Shown here piece by piece: positions 40,344 to 52,795 of a stretch of 64,000 bases of DNA (the first letter of the stretch is position 1; each line of letters starts with the position of its first letter). Both the position numbers and the translations under genes were made by a program. The notes beneath the pieces were generated by a model that worked only from the letters and a program-made list of their open reading frames with translations, was not told where the DNA came from and made no database searches. Origin of the DNA: an uncultured delta proteobacterium (lineage in GTDB: Bacteria; Myxococcota; UBA727; VGSZ01); contig CAVZJB010000011.1 of the NCBI GenBank assembly GCA_963775425.1, forward strand, positions 768,001-832,000. Reading direction: 5' to 3'.

Positions 40344-41735
40344 TCACACCACGGGCAGCGTGAACTCGAACGTGGTGACGCCGCCGTTGGACGACGCGCG
40401 GACCTCGCCCCCGTGGGCGTTGACGAGCCCGCGCACGATGTAGAGGCCGAGGCCCAGGCCGCGCGACGGGCTCGACGCGGCGGCGTGCGTGCGCACGAAG
40501 CGCGAGAACAGGGAGGCGAGCTCCGACGTCGGGATGTCGCGGCCCCGGTTGTCGACGGAGACGCGCATCTCGTGCGCCGTGCGGCGCAGGCGGACGAGCA
40601 CGGGCGTCTGCGGCTCGGCGTACTTGCACGCGTTGGTGAGGAGGTTGCCGAGCACCTGCTCGATGCGGCCTTCGTCCGCGGGCACCACCGTGTCGAGACC
40701 CTCGGGGACGTCGAGCACGATCTCGTGTTCCTGCGAGGGGACGTGCATGATCACCTCCCGCGCGCACGTCGCGAGGCACATCGGCGCCTTGGCGATGCGC
40801 AGGCGGCGCGCCTCGATCAGTGACGTGTCCACCAGCTCCTCGAGCATGGCCCACATCCGCCGGGCGCTGATCCGGATCCGCTCCACCGCGCGGCGCACGG
40901 TGGGATCTCCCTGGGGGATGCTCTTCGAGAGCAGCTCGTCGGAGAGCCGGATGACGCTGAGCGGTTGCCGCATGTCGTGCGCGACGATGGCGGCCCACTC
41001 CTCGCGCAGCTTCTCGACGCGGCGCAGCCCGGTGACGTCGCGGCACAGGCACACGGCGCCCCTGCGCTCGCCGCACGGCGCGATGATGGGAGCCGCGCTG
41101 ACGAGGACGGGCATGTCGCGGTCGTGTGCGTGCAGCACCAGGTCGAGGTCGGACACCCGCTCGCCGCGGAGCGCGCGCTCGAGAGGCATCTGGTCGACAT
41201 TGATGATTCGTCCGTCGGGGGTCCGCATGTCGAACCGCGGCGCGCCGGTGTCTCCGGCGGTGGAGAACGGCCGCGCCTTCTCGTTGGCGATCACGTTGCC
41301 CGAGGGGTCGGAGATCATCACGCACTCGGGCATCTTGTCGATCACCGCCTGCAGCCACGCCTCGACGCGCGCGCGCTCGCCGACGTCGACGAGCGCGACG
41401 ATGGACTGCGTCCCCTCGTGCGTGCGCAGCGGCGTCGCCACCGCTTGGAACGTGCGCCGGCGCCCCGCCGGCATGTCGATGTCCAGATCGACGGTGAGCG
41501 GAGCCACCGCTTCGCAGCACGACGACACGCCATGCCAGAACGGCTCCTCGCGCACGACCGCGACCACATCCAGAAAGGACGAACCGGTCACCGGCGCGGC
41601 GCAGCCGAAGAGCCGCGCGAACGCGGTGTTGGTCGCGCGGATGACGCCGGCGGCGTCGACGACGACGTGCGCGACGGGTGAGTCGTCGAGCGTGGAAAGG
41701 TGGCGCTCGAGAGCGGCCCTCGTGTTGATGATCAT
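40344..41735 (-). CDS. PAS-domain sensor histidine kinase (cytoplasmic)
   Basis: Two PAS-like segments; VAHDMRQPL, QVLGNLLTNACKY, GLGLGL. Confidence 0.9.
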   Translation of the reverse strand: MIINTRAALERHLSTLDDSPVAHVVVDAAGVIRATNTAFARLFGCAAPVTGSSFLDVVAVVREEPFWHGVSSCCEAVAPLTVDLDIDMPAGRRRTFQAVATPLRTHEGTQSIVALVDVGERARVEAWLQAVIDKMPECVMISDPSGNVIANEKARPFSTAGDTGAPRFDMRTPDGRIINVDQMPLERALRGERVSDLDLVLHAHDRDMPVLVSAAPIIAPCGERRGAVCLCRDVTGLRRVEKLREEWAAIVAHDMRQPLSVIRLSDELLSKSIPQGDPTVRRAVERIRISARRMWAMLEELVDTSLIEARRLRIAKAPMCLATCAREVIMHVPSQEHEIVLDVPEGLDTVVPADEGRIEQVLGNLLTNACKYAEPQTPVLVRLRRTAHEMRVSVDNRGRDIPTSELASLFSRFVRTHAAASSPSRGLGLGLYIVRGLVNAHGGEVRASSNGGVTTFEFTLPVV

Positions 41736-41979
41736 GTTCCCCCGCGCTCGGTTGTAACGGAGCGCCAAGGAGGCGAACAAGCCGGGATTCAATGTGAATC
41801 GTTTTGTCGATTCGTAGGGCGCGAATCGGTATGGGTGTTCACGGCGACGTGCCGCGCGTGATCGCGATGCACCACGAAAGAATCCTGCCGGACGGTGTCG
41901 CGAATTTGGTGGGGTGACGGCACGAGCCCAGAGCGTCCGTGGGCTCCGCAGGCGCGTGATCGGAGGGCGGGCGGCGCGT

Positions 41980-43122
41980 TCAGGGAGCGCGCGGTGCAGG
42001 GAGCGCGCGCTTGCCCTTGGGCAGCACCTTGCGCGGCACCGACTTCTTCTTCTCCTTCGCCTTCTTTTCTTTCTCCTTCGCCTTGTCGAGGTCTTCGAGC
42101 TCGCGCTGCCGTTGCTGCTGGAGCTGCGCGGGCGGGGCGCGTCCCGCGCGCTCCTGCTGCGCGTCGCGGTCGATGATGCGCCGGCGCTGCGCGTCGAAGC
42201 GCCCGTCGACGTCGTCGGCGGGGGTCCTGAGCGGGCGCACCTCGACCTTGGAGGGCGGCGGCGCGCGGCGGTCGGGCACGATGTCCCGCGCACCGGTGCG
42301 GCGCTCGACGTCCGGCGCGCGGCGGATGGGGACGGCGTCGTCCCGGGTGCGCGGGCGCGCCTCCGGCGTGCCGTCCACGACGTCGACGACGGGCCGCGGC
42401 GTCACGCGCGTCCCCGTGGCGCGCTCGATGTCGCGCGGATCGACGCCGGGGTCGACGATGCGCCCGTGATCACCGCGCTCGGGCCGATGCAGCACGTGCG
42501 TCCGCGGCAGGATCGTGCGGCTCTGTGCGTGCGTGTGCACCACTGTGACGACGTTGATGACGAGGAAGTTGCGCTCGTCGACGAAGACCCACGCCCACGG
42601 GCCGATGCGGGCGCCGACGTCGGCGACCAAAAAGCCCCGGCCCGGGATCCACACCGCGTCCGGCCCGAGCGGCGCCCAGCCGATGAAGCCGGGGCCTGTC
42701 CGCCAGGCCACCCACGCCGGCGCCCAGACGCTGCCGGGCACCCAGATCCAGCCCGCGTCGTCGAGCCAGAGCCAGCGGCCGTAGTGATGGCAGACCCAGC
42801 CGAAGGGCTCGCCGGAGACCCACACCCAGCCGTACTCGGTGGTGTAGCTCCAGTGCCCGACCGTGTACGGCCGCCAACCCGTGTCGACGTACGGGCTGAA
42901 GACCCAGCCGTATTGGTCGTTCCACCACCAGTCGCCGTACGCGGAGATGTCCCGATAAAAGAGCGGCTCGTCGGCGACCGACGGGCGCGGCGGCGGCGGC
43001 GGCGGCGCCGGCGTCGCCTCCGCGCATGACGACGTCGTCAGCACGGCGAACAGCGCGAGCGCGAGCGCACGCGCGAGGCGCGCAGGGGACGGATGGAGCG
43101 AGAGGCGGGACGTGAGGCGCAT
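41980..43122 (-). CDS. DUF6600-type Trp-rich exported protein
   Basis: YGDW..WRPYTVGHW..GWVWVSGEPFGWVCHHYGRW..WAPAWVAWR..GWAPL. Confidence 0.85.
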   Translation of the reverse strand: MRLTSRLSLHPSPARLARALALALFAVLTTSSCAEATPAPPPPPPRPSVADEPLFYRDISAYGDWWWNDQYGWVFSPYVDTGWRPYTVGHWSYTTEYGWVWVSGEPFGWVCHHYGRWLWLDDAGWIWVPGSVWAPAWVAWRTGPGFIGWAPLGPDAVWIPGRGFLVADVGARIGPWAWVFVDERNFLVINVVTVVHTHAQSRTILPRTHVLHRPERGDHGRIVDPGVDPRDIERATGTRVTPRPVVDVVDGTPEARPRTRDDAVPIRRAPDVERRTGARDIVPDRRAPPPSKVEVRPLRTPADDVDGRFDAQRRRIIDRDAQQERAGRAPPAQLQQQRQRELEDLDKAKEKEKKAKEKKKSVPRKVLPKGKRALPAPRAP

Positions 43123-43239
43123 ATCGCTGCGATCAGCAGGATCTGCGCCACGGGGGCGCCGCTCGCTGACGCAGCCGCGCTCCGCTCGACGGTGCGACCG
43201 GACACGGCTCGCCGGGTGACAGCGCGCGGGCGCGCAGCG

Positions 43240-43866
43240 TCACTCGGCGGCGATGGGGAGATCGTCGCCGGGGTCGTGGTCGTGGTCGTGGCGGGCGATG
43301 CCCTTGCGGGCCAGGGCGCGTTGCAGCACGGGCCTCGGCACCTGCAGCAGGCGCGCGGCGCGGGAGCGGTTCTCGACGGCGCGGTTGATTGCCTGGTCGA
43401 CGAACGCCTGCCGCGCCTCCTCCTCGAAGTCGAACAGCCCCACGCGGCCGACGAACGGCGCCACCAAAGACGCCACGTCGGGCAGCGGCTCCTCGCGCGC
43501 CGCGTCCAGCTCCGCGAGGAGGACGTCGCTGCCCAAGGGGCCGTCGAAGAGACGGTCCACGCCCCAGCGCCCGAGGGCGAACGCGTCCGCCGCCGACAGC
43601 GCCTGCTCGTGGACCGCGAACACGATGGGCGTGGGCATCCGGCGCCGGGCCGCGATGGCGATCCAGACGGCCCCCTGGAGGCTGTCGATGTCGACGAGCG
43701 CAAAGGCAATCGGCACCCCGCTCGTCAGGCGCTCCACCGCGCGCTCGAGCGAAGTGGCAGCGACGACGTCGCGAAAGCGCGTCTCGAGCGCGGTGCGCAG
43801 ACCATGGGACGAGCGGGCCTTGTTCCCCACGAGGAGCGCCACGCCCCAGTCGACGAAGTCCCCCAT
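43240..43866 (-). CDS. Degenerate receiver domain + Fis-type HTH regulator
   Basis: FALVDID receiver-like strand; ENRSRAARLLQVPRPVLQRAL HTH. Confidence 0.6.
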   Translation of the reverse strand: MGDFVDWGVALLVGNKARSSHGLRTALETRFRDVVAATSLERAVERLTSGVPIAFALVDIDSLQGAVWIAIAARRRMPTPIVFAVHEQALSAADAFALGRWGVDRLFDGPLGSDVLLAELDAAREEPLPDVASLVAPFVGRVGLFDFEEEARQAFVDQAINRAVENRSRAARLLQVPRPVLQRALARKGIARHDHDHDPGDDLPIAAE

Positions 43867-44006
43867 GCGTGGATGGTGCGCATCCGCACGTGCTCCGGTC
43901 AACCGGTCGGGGGCCGGCGGCCCCCGGGCCGGCCGCCCGAGGCCCGGCTTCGGCAATCCCGCCACGCCGACCCCCTGCACCGCGCGGGTCCAGGGCTCCC
44001 CGGCGC

Positions 44007-46313
44007 CTAACGGCGGGGCGCCTGACGGGCGGCGTCGAGCAACAGCCCGCGCTCCGCCGACGCCACCGCGTGGCGCGCCTTGTCCACGGCATCGATGTTC
44101 ACCGAGATCGACGTGATGCCGAAGCGCACGAGGTGCGCGGCGAAGTCCGGGTAGTTCGAGGGCGCCTGGCCGCACAGCGACGACGTGATCCCCGCCGTGC
44201 GCGCCGCGGTGATGATGCGCTCGATGGCGTCGAGGACTGCGCCGTCGCGCTCGTCGAACAGCTCGGAGCACGTCTCGGAGTCGCGATCCACGCCGAGCGT
44301 GAGCTGCGTGAGGTCGTTGCTCCCGATGGAGACGCCGTCGATCCCCATGCGCGCGTAAAACGGGATCCAGTAGGCCACCGACGGCACCTCGGCCATCACC
44401 CAGCGGTGCAGACCGCGCTGCTTGCCGAGCGGGCTCTTGTCGACAATCTCGAGGCACGCCTCGAGCTCCCAGCGCGTGCGCACGAACGGGATCATGATGT
44501 GGACGTTGGGTGACTCCTCGCGCACGCGCGCGAGCACCTCGAGCTCGACCTGGAACAGCTCCGGGTCCTTCACGTAGCGGTAGCAGCCGCGGTAGCCGAT
44601 CATCGGGTTCTCTTCGACCGGCTCGTACTTCTCGCCGCCGGCGAGGCCGCGGAACTCGTTGGTCCGGAAGTCGTACGACCGATACACGACCGGTCGCGGG
44701 GCGAAGGCGCGCGCGATCCTCGACAGGGATTCGGTGAGCTTGTCGACGAGCTCCTTGCGACCACCCGACGCCATGAGCTCCTTCGGGTGTTTGCCGGCGA
44801 GCGCGTCGGTGATCGTGAATTCCGCGCGAAGCAGGCCGACGCCGTCGACGGGGAGCTTGGCCACCGCCTCCGCCTGCTGGGCCATGGCGAGGTTGACGTA
44901 GAGCTTGGTCGCGATCGTCTCCTCGGCCGGCGCGGCCGTCGGCGCCGCCGCCGCCGCCGCCTTGCCCGTGGCCGCAACGGTCACGGGAGACGGGGCGCCC
45001 TCGAGGACGATCCCCTTGGCGCCGTCGACGGTGATCTCCTCACCGTCGCGCAGGATGCGGGTGGCCTGGCGCGTGCCGACGACGCACGGGATGCCGAGCT
45101 CGCGGCTGACGATGGCGGCGTGGCAGGTGATGCCGCCGCTGTCGGTGACGACGGCGGAGGCGCGGCGAATGGTCGGCACCCAGTCCGGCGCCGTCATCTG
45201 CGCCACGAGGACCTCGCCGTCTTTCAGGCGCGCGCCCTCGTCGGGGCTCTTCAGCAGTCGAGCCTTGCCGCCGGCGATGCCCGGTGACGCGCCGAGGCCG
45301 GTGACGAGCGGTTTGCCCGCAGGCGCCGCGCCCCTGGTCGGCGCGGAGCCGGCCGGAGCGTCCTCGTGCAGCGTCGTGATCGGGCGGGTCTGCACCAGGT
45401 AGAAGCGGCCGCCCTCCTCGGCCCACTCGATGTCCTGGGGCTTGCCGTAGTGCTTCTCCACGTTCAGTCCGACGACGGCGAGCGCCACCGCCTCGTCGTC
45501 GGAGAGCACCCTGCGGAGAGCGTCGTCGCCCTTGAGGTCCACGCGATGATCGCGCCCGTTCTTGCCGCGCACGATCTTGAACGCCTTTTCGCCCACGCGC
45601 GCCTCGAGGAGGCGGGGGCCCTCCTTCAGCAGCGTGTACGTGTCCGGCTCGACCTGGCCGCCGACGACGACCTCGCCGAGGCCGAAGGCGCCTTCGATGA
45701 CGATGCGGGCGCGGTCGCCGGTGGCGGGATCGGCGGTGAACATCACGCCCGAGCGCGCGGAGTGCACCATCTTCTGCACCACCACCGCGAGCTGCGGCTC
45801 GTCCGAGAGGTGTTGCGCCTTGCGATACGCGAGGACGCGCGGGGTGTACGCCGAGGCCCAGCACGCCTTGATGTGTTGCAGGAGGGAGCTCGCTCCGGCC
45901 ACGTCGGTGAAGGTCTCGTGCATCCCGGCGAACGACGTGCCCGCCGTGTCCTCCGAGGTCGCCGACGAGCGGACCGCCACGGCCTCATGGGCGCCGATGC
46001 GGCGATACGCCTGGGTGATCTCCTCCTCGAGAGCTGGGGGAATCGGCACATCGAGGATGATGTGGCGGAGCTCGTCCGCGGTGCGCGCGACGCCCGCGGC
46101 GTCGTTGGCGTCGACGCCTGCCATGAGCTTCCGCAGCTTCTCCCGTGCGCCCGCCGCCTCCAGCGATGCGATGAACGCCTCCGCGGTGACGACGAAGCCG
46201 GACGGCACCGGGAGCCCGGCCCGCACCATCTCGCCGAGGTTGGCGCCCTTGCCGCCCGCGTGGGCGACGTCGTTCTTGGTGAGCTCAGCGAGGGGGATGA
46301 CGTTTTTGGACAT
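44007..46313 (-). CDS. ppsA: Phosphoenolpyruvate synthase
   Basis: [57 protein letters not shown]. Confidence 0.96.
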   Translation of the reverse strand: MSKNVIPLAELTKNDVAHAGGKGANLGEMVRAGLPVPSGFVVTAEAFIASLEAAGAREKLRKLMAGVDANDAAGVARTADELRHIILDVPIPPALEEEITQAYRRIGAHEAVAVRSSATSEDTAGTSFAGMHETFTDVAGASSLLQHIKACWASAYTPRVLAYRKAQHLSDEPQLAVVVQKMVHSARSGVMFTADPATGDRARIVIEGAFGLGEVVVGGQVEPDTYTLLKEGPRLLEARVGEKAFKIVRGKNGRDHRVDLKGDDALRRVLSDDEAVALAVVGLNVEKHYGKPQDIEWAEEGGRFYLVQTRPITTLHEDAPAGSAPTRGAAPAGKPLVTGLGASPGIAGGKARLLKSPDEGARLKDGEVLVAQMTAPDWVPTIRRASAVVTDSGGITCHAAIVSRELGIPCVVGTRQATRILRDGEEITVDGAKGIVLEGAPSPVTVAATGKAAAAAAPTAAPAEETIATKLYVNLAMAQQAEAVAKLPVDGVGLLRAEFTITDALAGKHPKELMASGGRKELVDKLTESLSRIARAFAPRPVVYRSYDFRTNEFRGLAGGEKYEPVEENPMIGYRGCYRYVKDPELFQVELEVLARVREESPNVHIMIPFVRTRWELEACLEIVDKSPLGKQRGLHRWVMAEVPSVAYWIPFYARMGIDGVSIGSNDLTQLTLGVDRDSETCSELFDERDGAVLDAIERIITAARTAGITSSLCGQAPSNYPDFAAHLVRFGITSISVNIDAVDKARHAVASAERGLLLDAARQAPRR

Positions 46314-46373
46314 GCCCCGCCCCTTCCGAGATCCGTGCCAGTGTTGGCGCGGCGGATGCTTGCTCCGTGGGGC

Positions 46374-46868
46374 ATGCGGACTCTCCTCGTCGCCGTCGCG
46401 TCGTTCTTCCGGTTCCTGGTGCTGATCGGCACGGGCCGGTTGCATCAGCCCCGCGCGCGCCTCGGCCTCGAGGTGGACGCACCGCGGGAGAACCACTTCG
46501 TGGCGTTTCGCGAGACGCGCGTCGCCGCGCACGGCGACACCGTGTTGCTCATCTGGTTCGAGCTGCGCTTCGTCGCGCCGAAGAACCGCCGGCGCGCGTC
46601 GCTCTTCCGGCGCGTGTGCATCATCACCACGCCGTTCTTCAGCGGCGTCGACGGCTTCGTGAGCAAGCTGTGGATGGAGGATCGTGTGGCCGCGCGCTAC
46701 CTCGGCATCTACGAGTTTGCGTCGGCGTCCGCGGCGTCGGAGTACGCGAGCTACATCGCCGCCGTGTTGCACCCGTTGTCGAAGCCGGGCTCGATCTCCT
46801 GGGAGATCGTGGAGCAGGAGAGCGTCGCCGACACCATCGCCACGCACGCGCCGGCGCGCGCCGCATAG
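46374..46868 (+). CDS. YdhR-like dimeric alpha-beta barrel protein
   Basis: [24 protein letters not shown] pattern. Confidence 0.55.
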   Translation: MRTLLVAVASFFRFLVLIGTGRLHQPRARLGLEVDAPRENHFVAFRETRVAAHGDTVLLIWFELRFVAPKNRRRASLFRRVCIITTPFFSGVDGFVSKLWMEDRVAARYLGIYEFASASAASEYASYIAAVLHPLSKPGSISWEIVEQESVADTIATHAPARAA

Positions 46869-46936
46869 CCAGTCGTGCGCCTCGAGCCGCGCCGTCACCT
46901 CGCTTGGGGGTGCTTCGTTCGGCTTCGAGCGCGCGC

Positions 46937-47251
46937 TCAGCGAGCGCCGCTGACCCGCGTCACCGGCGGCGGCGGCGTGAGCGGCGGGGTGTCGCGCGTC
47001 GCGCGGTCGCAGATGACCATGCCGCCGAGCAGCAGCAGGAACGCGATGCCGGTGGCGAAGGCCAACGCGGAGCTCAGCTTCGCTTCGCGGATCTCCATGA
47101 ACACGCCCACGACGACGGCGGCCTTGACGAGCGCGATGCTGAGGGCCACCGGCACGCTGAGGCCGTGGAGGTGCAGGAACGACAAGCCGAGGCTCGCGCC
47201 CGCGAGCAGCACGAGCGCGGCAAACGCGAGGAGGACAGCGCGCACGGTCAC
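46937..47251 (-). CDS. coxD: Cytochrome c oxidase subunit IV
   Basis: [16 protein letters not shown]; three TM helices; operon position. Confidence 0.85.
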   Translation of the reverse strand: MTVRAVLLAFAALVLLAGASLGLSFLHLHGLSVPVALSIALVKAAVVVGVFMEIREAKLSSALAFATGIAFLLLLGGMVICDRATRDTPPLTPPPPVTRVSGAR

Positions 47252-47862
47252 CCGTGGCCGCCCGTGAGATAGAAGAGCGGCCACAGGAAGATCCAGACGA
47301 CGTCGACGTAGTGCCAGTAGAGCGCGGCGTTCTCGAACGCGTGGTGCCAGCCGTTCGAGCGGCGGCCGAGCGCGAGCACGCAGGCGACGATCAGCAAGAC
47401 GCAAAAGCCGACGGCGACGTGCACCGCGTGAAACGCCGTGGCCACGTAGTAGAGCGTCCAGAACGCGGCGGGCCCCTTCGCGCCCGCGGACACGCCGGGC
47501 ACGATGCCTTCGTGGACGTGTAGGCCGTACTCGATGCCCTTGAGCAGCAGGAACGTCCCGCCGAGGAGCGCCGTGACGAAGGTCAGTGCGGCGGCGAGGC
47601 GCGCGCGCCCGGCACGATTGACGATGACGCCGAGCGCCAGCGTGCAACTGCTGGTCAGCAGAATGAAGGTGTTGACGCTGCCGATGGCCTTCCTGCCGTG
47701 CGCCACGCCGGCGGCGAAGCCCGCCGGAATCCGCCGCGCGCTCGGCCGTGTACAGGACGAAGAGCGCGGTGAAGAACATGACTTCGCTGCCGATGAGGAG
47801 CCACATGCCGAGCCGCGTGGCGTGGTGTTGCTGCCCGGCGTCCTCGAAGTGCGCGGCGTGGC

Positions 47863-47866
<4 letters not shown>
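47248..47866 (-). CDS. coxC: Cytochrome c oxidase subunit III; apparent frameshift at ~47729
   Basis: [14 protein letters not shown] joined to [33 protein letters not shown] by removing one T from GATTC. Confidence 0.85.
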
Positions 47867-49481
<1,615 letters not shown>

Positions 49482-49485
<4 letters not shown>

Positions 49486-50429
49486 GGCGGCCCCCGGAGA
49501 CTGTGGATGAGCTCGATGATGTCGGCGACGTCTGCAGGCGAGAGCACGCCCTGAAAGCGCGGCATGACATCGGCGTAGCCCTCCACCACGCGCGCGCTCG
49601 GGAACACCATGGACTGCGTGAGATAGGCGTCGTCCGCGACGACCTCCTCCCCGCCGGTCATGCGCACCGTGCTCCCTGCGAGCTCCCGCCACGAGGGTCC
49701 GATGCGCGGCGCGCCGTCGAGCGAGTGACACGACAGGCAGCCGGCGCGCGCGGCCGCGAGCATCCCGCGCCGCGCCGCCGGCGACGACGGACGAGACGGG
49801 GCGAGGGCGCCGTCGTACTCCGCGAGCGGCACGACGTGGATGGTGCCGAGCATGCGCGCGTGGCCCGCGCCGCACATCTCCGCGCAGCGCACGGGGAAGT
49901 CGCCGGTCTCGCGGGCCTGGAACCACGCGGTGACGTAGCGGCCGGGGATCACGTCTTCCTTCAAGCGAAACGCCGGCACATAGAAGCTGTGAATGACGTC
50001 GCGGGACGTCATGACGACCTCCACCGGGATGCCGCGTGGCACCGTCAGCGTGCCGAGCTCGATCTCGCCGCTGTCGTGCTCGAATTTCCACATCCACTGC
50101 TTGGCGGTGACGTGGACGACGAGCGCGCCTGGCGGGACCTCGTGCATGTGGTCGTACTGCTGAAACCCGATGGACCACCACAGCAGGAACATCGCCAGGA
50201 TGGACGACATGATGAGCGCCTCGCCCGTGGTCGACGCGTAGCCGCTCCGCTTGGGCCGCGGTGGGCCGGTCCGGCGGTACTTGGCGATGAAGAAGACCGC
50301 GACGAACGTGATGCCAAGGCTGCCCACCACAGCGGTGCTGAAGACGAACGCGTGGAGCCAGTCGATGTGCTTGGCGAACGTGGACGCCTGTGGCGGCAGG
50401 TTGAGGGCCCAGATGATGAAGCGGTTCAT
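49482..50429 (-). CDS. coxB: Cytochrome c oxidase subunit II with fused cytochrome c (caa3)
   Basis: KQWMW, DVIHSF, CAEMCGAGHARM CuA motif, CLSCH. Confidence 0.95.
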
Positions 50430-50764
50430 CGCGCGCTCCGCTCGACGATCAGCGCCTTCGCGTCGTCGATGGGGATGTGGGCGACGCCGTCGGCGCGATC
50501 CACCCAGCCGAGGGAACGCAGCGCCTCGTCCGCGCGTCGCCGCTTTGGCGCCGCCAGGGCCGGGCCGCGGATGGGCGTCTGGTAGACGCCGCCGATGCTT
50601 ACAGGCGCCGTCGCGCTCTCGCCGCGGTGCACCGGGCTGCTCATCGCCACGACGACCACGAGCGACACGGCGATGACGACGAGCGAGACCAGCGTCACGA
50701 TGACGATCGGCCGCGCCTGCAGCCGATCGTGCTCCTGGTGGACGGGCGGCGGCGCGGCGCTCAT
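50426..50764 (-). CDS. Alternative complex III ActG-like small subunit
   Basis: Single TM; LGWVDRADGVAHIPIDDAKAL. Confidence 0.75.
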   Translation of the reverse strand: MSAAPPPVHQEHDRLQARPIVIVTLVSLVVIAVSLVVVVAMSSPVHRGESATAPVSIGGVYQTPIRGPALAAPKRRRADEALRSLGWVDRADGVAHIPIDDAKALIVERSAR

Positions 50765-51684
50765 GCAGGCTCCTGAAGGCGCTCGAGCGCGAAGAGGACC
50801 GTGATGCAGGTCGCGACGACGCCGACGCCGATGACGAAGCCCACCACGCGCGCGAACGGTGAATCGAGCGGGCCACCACCGTGGGCCGAGGGGACCACGA
50901 GCCACACGGCCTCGAGGAGCTGGGCGCACGCGACCCACGCCCCCATCGTCGCGGTGCCCCACGGCCGCTCCTTGAGCGCGCGAAAGAGCAACAGGAACAT
51001 GGTGGTGGCGACGCCGCCCGCGGCGAGGAAGCCGGCGACGACGGGCCACGCGCCGGTCATCCGCTCGGCGTAGTAGGCGTTTTCGTGCGGAAGGTTCCCG
51101 ATCCAGACGATCAGGAGCTGCATGAAGCTGACGTAGCCCCAGAACATCGTCGTCGCGAACATCATGGTGCCGAAGTCGGCGCACACCTGGGGCGCGCGAC
51201 GGGCCCACAGGAAGCTCGCGATGCCGAGCGCGCCGGCGGCGCCGGCCGCGATGACGATGACGCCGAAGATGGTGGAGCGGAAATGGGGCGTGAGCTCCAT
51301 GAGCCAGTCGAACGACGCGAGCATGGAGAGCCCGAACAACGACAGCATGCCCAACGCCGCCGGCCACTCGCGATCTCTTCCGGTGCGGCGTCGTACGAGG
51401 AGCGCCACCGCGGCGAGCCCGGCGAGCACGACGCCGCTCCGCACGCCCCACCCGGCGCCCGACACCTCGCCGCGCAACGCGTCCCAGGCGTACAGGTGCG
51501 GCGCGTCGACGGCGACCGGGATGAACAAGATCGGCAAGAACACGGTGAGTCCGCTCAGCGCCCGCATCGGCGCGCGCAGGGCGGCGAGCCAGCGCGCGTC
51601 CACGAGGCCGTCGAGGAGCACGAAGAAGAGCGCGCCCCAGCCGATCATCGCGGCGTAGGTGAAGGCGGCGAGGTAGCCGATCAC
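50761..51684 (-). CDS. actF: Alternative complex III membrane subunit ActF (short)
   Basis: FDWLMELTPHFRSTIFG, DFGTMM, FWGYVSFMQLLIVWIGNLPHE. Confidence 0.85.
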   Translation of the reverse strand: MIGYLAAFTYAAMIGWGALFFVLLDGLVDARWLAALRAPMRALSGLTVFLPILFIPVAVDAPHLYAWDALRGEVSGAGWGVRSGVVLAGLAAVALLVRRRTGRDREWPAALGMLSLFGLSMLASFDWLMELTPHFRSTIFGVIVIAAGAAGALGIASFLWARRAPQVCADFGTMMFATTMFWGYVSFMQLLIVWIGNLPHENAYYAERMTGAWPVVAGFLAAGGVATTMFLLLFRALKERPWGTATMGAWVACAQLLEAVWLVVPSAHGGGPLDSPFARVVGFVIGVGVVATCITVLFALERLQEPA

Positions 51685-52250
51685 GGCACCGCCTCCAGCC
51701 GTGCGCGCAAGCGCGGGGGAAGCTCGGCCGCCGGCGCGTGCCGGCTCAGTTGCAGCGCCTTTACGTACCAGGCCACGGCCCAGCGCTCGCGCGCGTCGAG
51801 CTCGGCAGCGTACGAACGCATCAGCCCGTAGCCGTTCGTGGAGACGTCGTAGAAGTACGCAGGCGGCTCCGCGCGCAGCCGCGGGATGTGCAGGTCGCGC
51901 GGCTTGACGAGCTCCATGTGCTCGGCGACGACGCTGTCTCCGTCCCCGAGGCGCCCGTGACACGCGGCGCACGTGACGTTGAACTCGCGCTCGCCCTCGT
52001 CGAGCAGCGCCTGCGTCACCGGCGGGCGGGTGCCCGGCTTCGGCGACAGATAGGCCACGGTCCCCGGCGGCGGCGCCTGCAGCACCTTGCCGTCGCTGAA
52101 GAAGTCGCTCCTCTCGAAGTCGTCGGCGCGCTGCTGCTCGAGCATGCGCTCGAGCGACGGGTCCGGCAGGACGAACGCGTCCGCGCACGGTGTGCACGAC
52201 GACGCGAAGGCCGTGAGCGCGACCGCCAGGGGCAGGTGCTTGCGGGTCAC
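51681..52250 (-). CDS. actE: Monoheme cytochrome c lipoprotein ActE
   Basis: MLEQQR..FFSDG..PPPGTV, CAACHG, GYGLMRSY, RWAVAWYVKALQLS. Confidence 0.9.
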   Translation of the reverse strand: MTRKHLPLAVALTAFASSCTPCADAFVLPDPSLERMLEQQRADDFERSDFFSDGKVLQAPPPGTVAYLSPKPGTRPPVTQALLDEGEREFNVTCAACHGRLGDGDSVVAEHMELVKPRDLHIPRLRAEPPAYFYDVSTNGYGLMRSYAAELDARERWAVAWYVKALQLSRHAPAAELPPRLRARLEAVP

Positions 52251-52795
52251 CCCACGGCTCCTTGGTCGCCGGTCGCGGGAGGGACCCCGACACGCAGCGC
52301 GCCCGCGGCGACCAGCGCGTCGCGCAGACGCGGGAAGCCGGCGACGTCGACGACGGCGCAGACGAAGAAGCGATCGCTTGTTGCGCGCTCGATGCCGTGA
52401 AGCGCGAAGGAGGGGTGCGCGAGGCGCGGCATCCGGCTCGCGACGAAGAACGCGATGAAGATGGAGACGCCCGCGACGAGCACCGTGGTTTCGAACGTGA
52501 GCGGGATGAACGCCGGCGCCGAGTGCAGCGGCCGCCCGCCGACGTTCAACGGGTAGTCGACGAGGTTGATGTACCACTGGAGCCAGTACGCGAAGATGCC
52601 GCCGCTCACGCCGCCGAGGAGACCCGTCGCCGCCACGGCCTTCTCGCGTACACGCGCTTGCGGCAGCTCCTTGCGGTCCAGCGGAAACGGCGAGATCGCT
52701 TCGATGTCGCGCGCGCCGCTCCTGCGCGCCGCCGCGAGGACGCGCACCAGCGTGTCCTCGTCCGCAGCTTCGGCGACGCAGAAGACGTCAGCCAC
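52247..52795 (-). CDS. actD: ActD (DUF3341)
   Basis: SPFP, DYPLNVGGRP, FIPLTFETTVL, SDRFFV. Confidence 0.9.
   Translation of the reverse strand: MADVFCVAEAADEDTLVRVLAAARRSGARDIEAISPFPLDRKELPQARVREKAVAATGLLGGVSGGIFAYWLQWYINLVDYPLNVGGRPLHSAPAFIPLTFETTVLVAGVSIFIAFFVASRMPRLAHPSFALHGIERATSDRFFVCAVVDVAGFPRLRDALVAAGALRVGVPPATGDQGAVG

Noticed and set aside
46322-46342. Sigma54 promoter upstream of ppsA (TGGCACG on the minus strand)
   Set aside because: The -12 element reads TCGG rather than TTGC, and it lies too close to the start codon.
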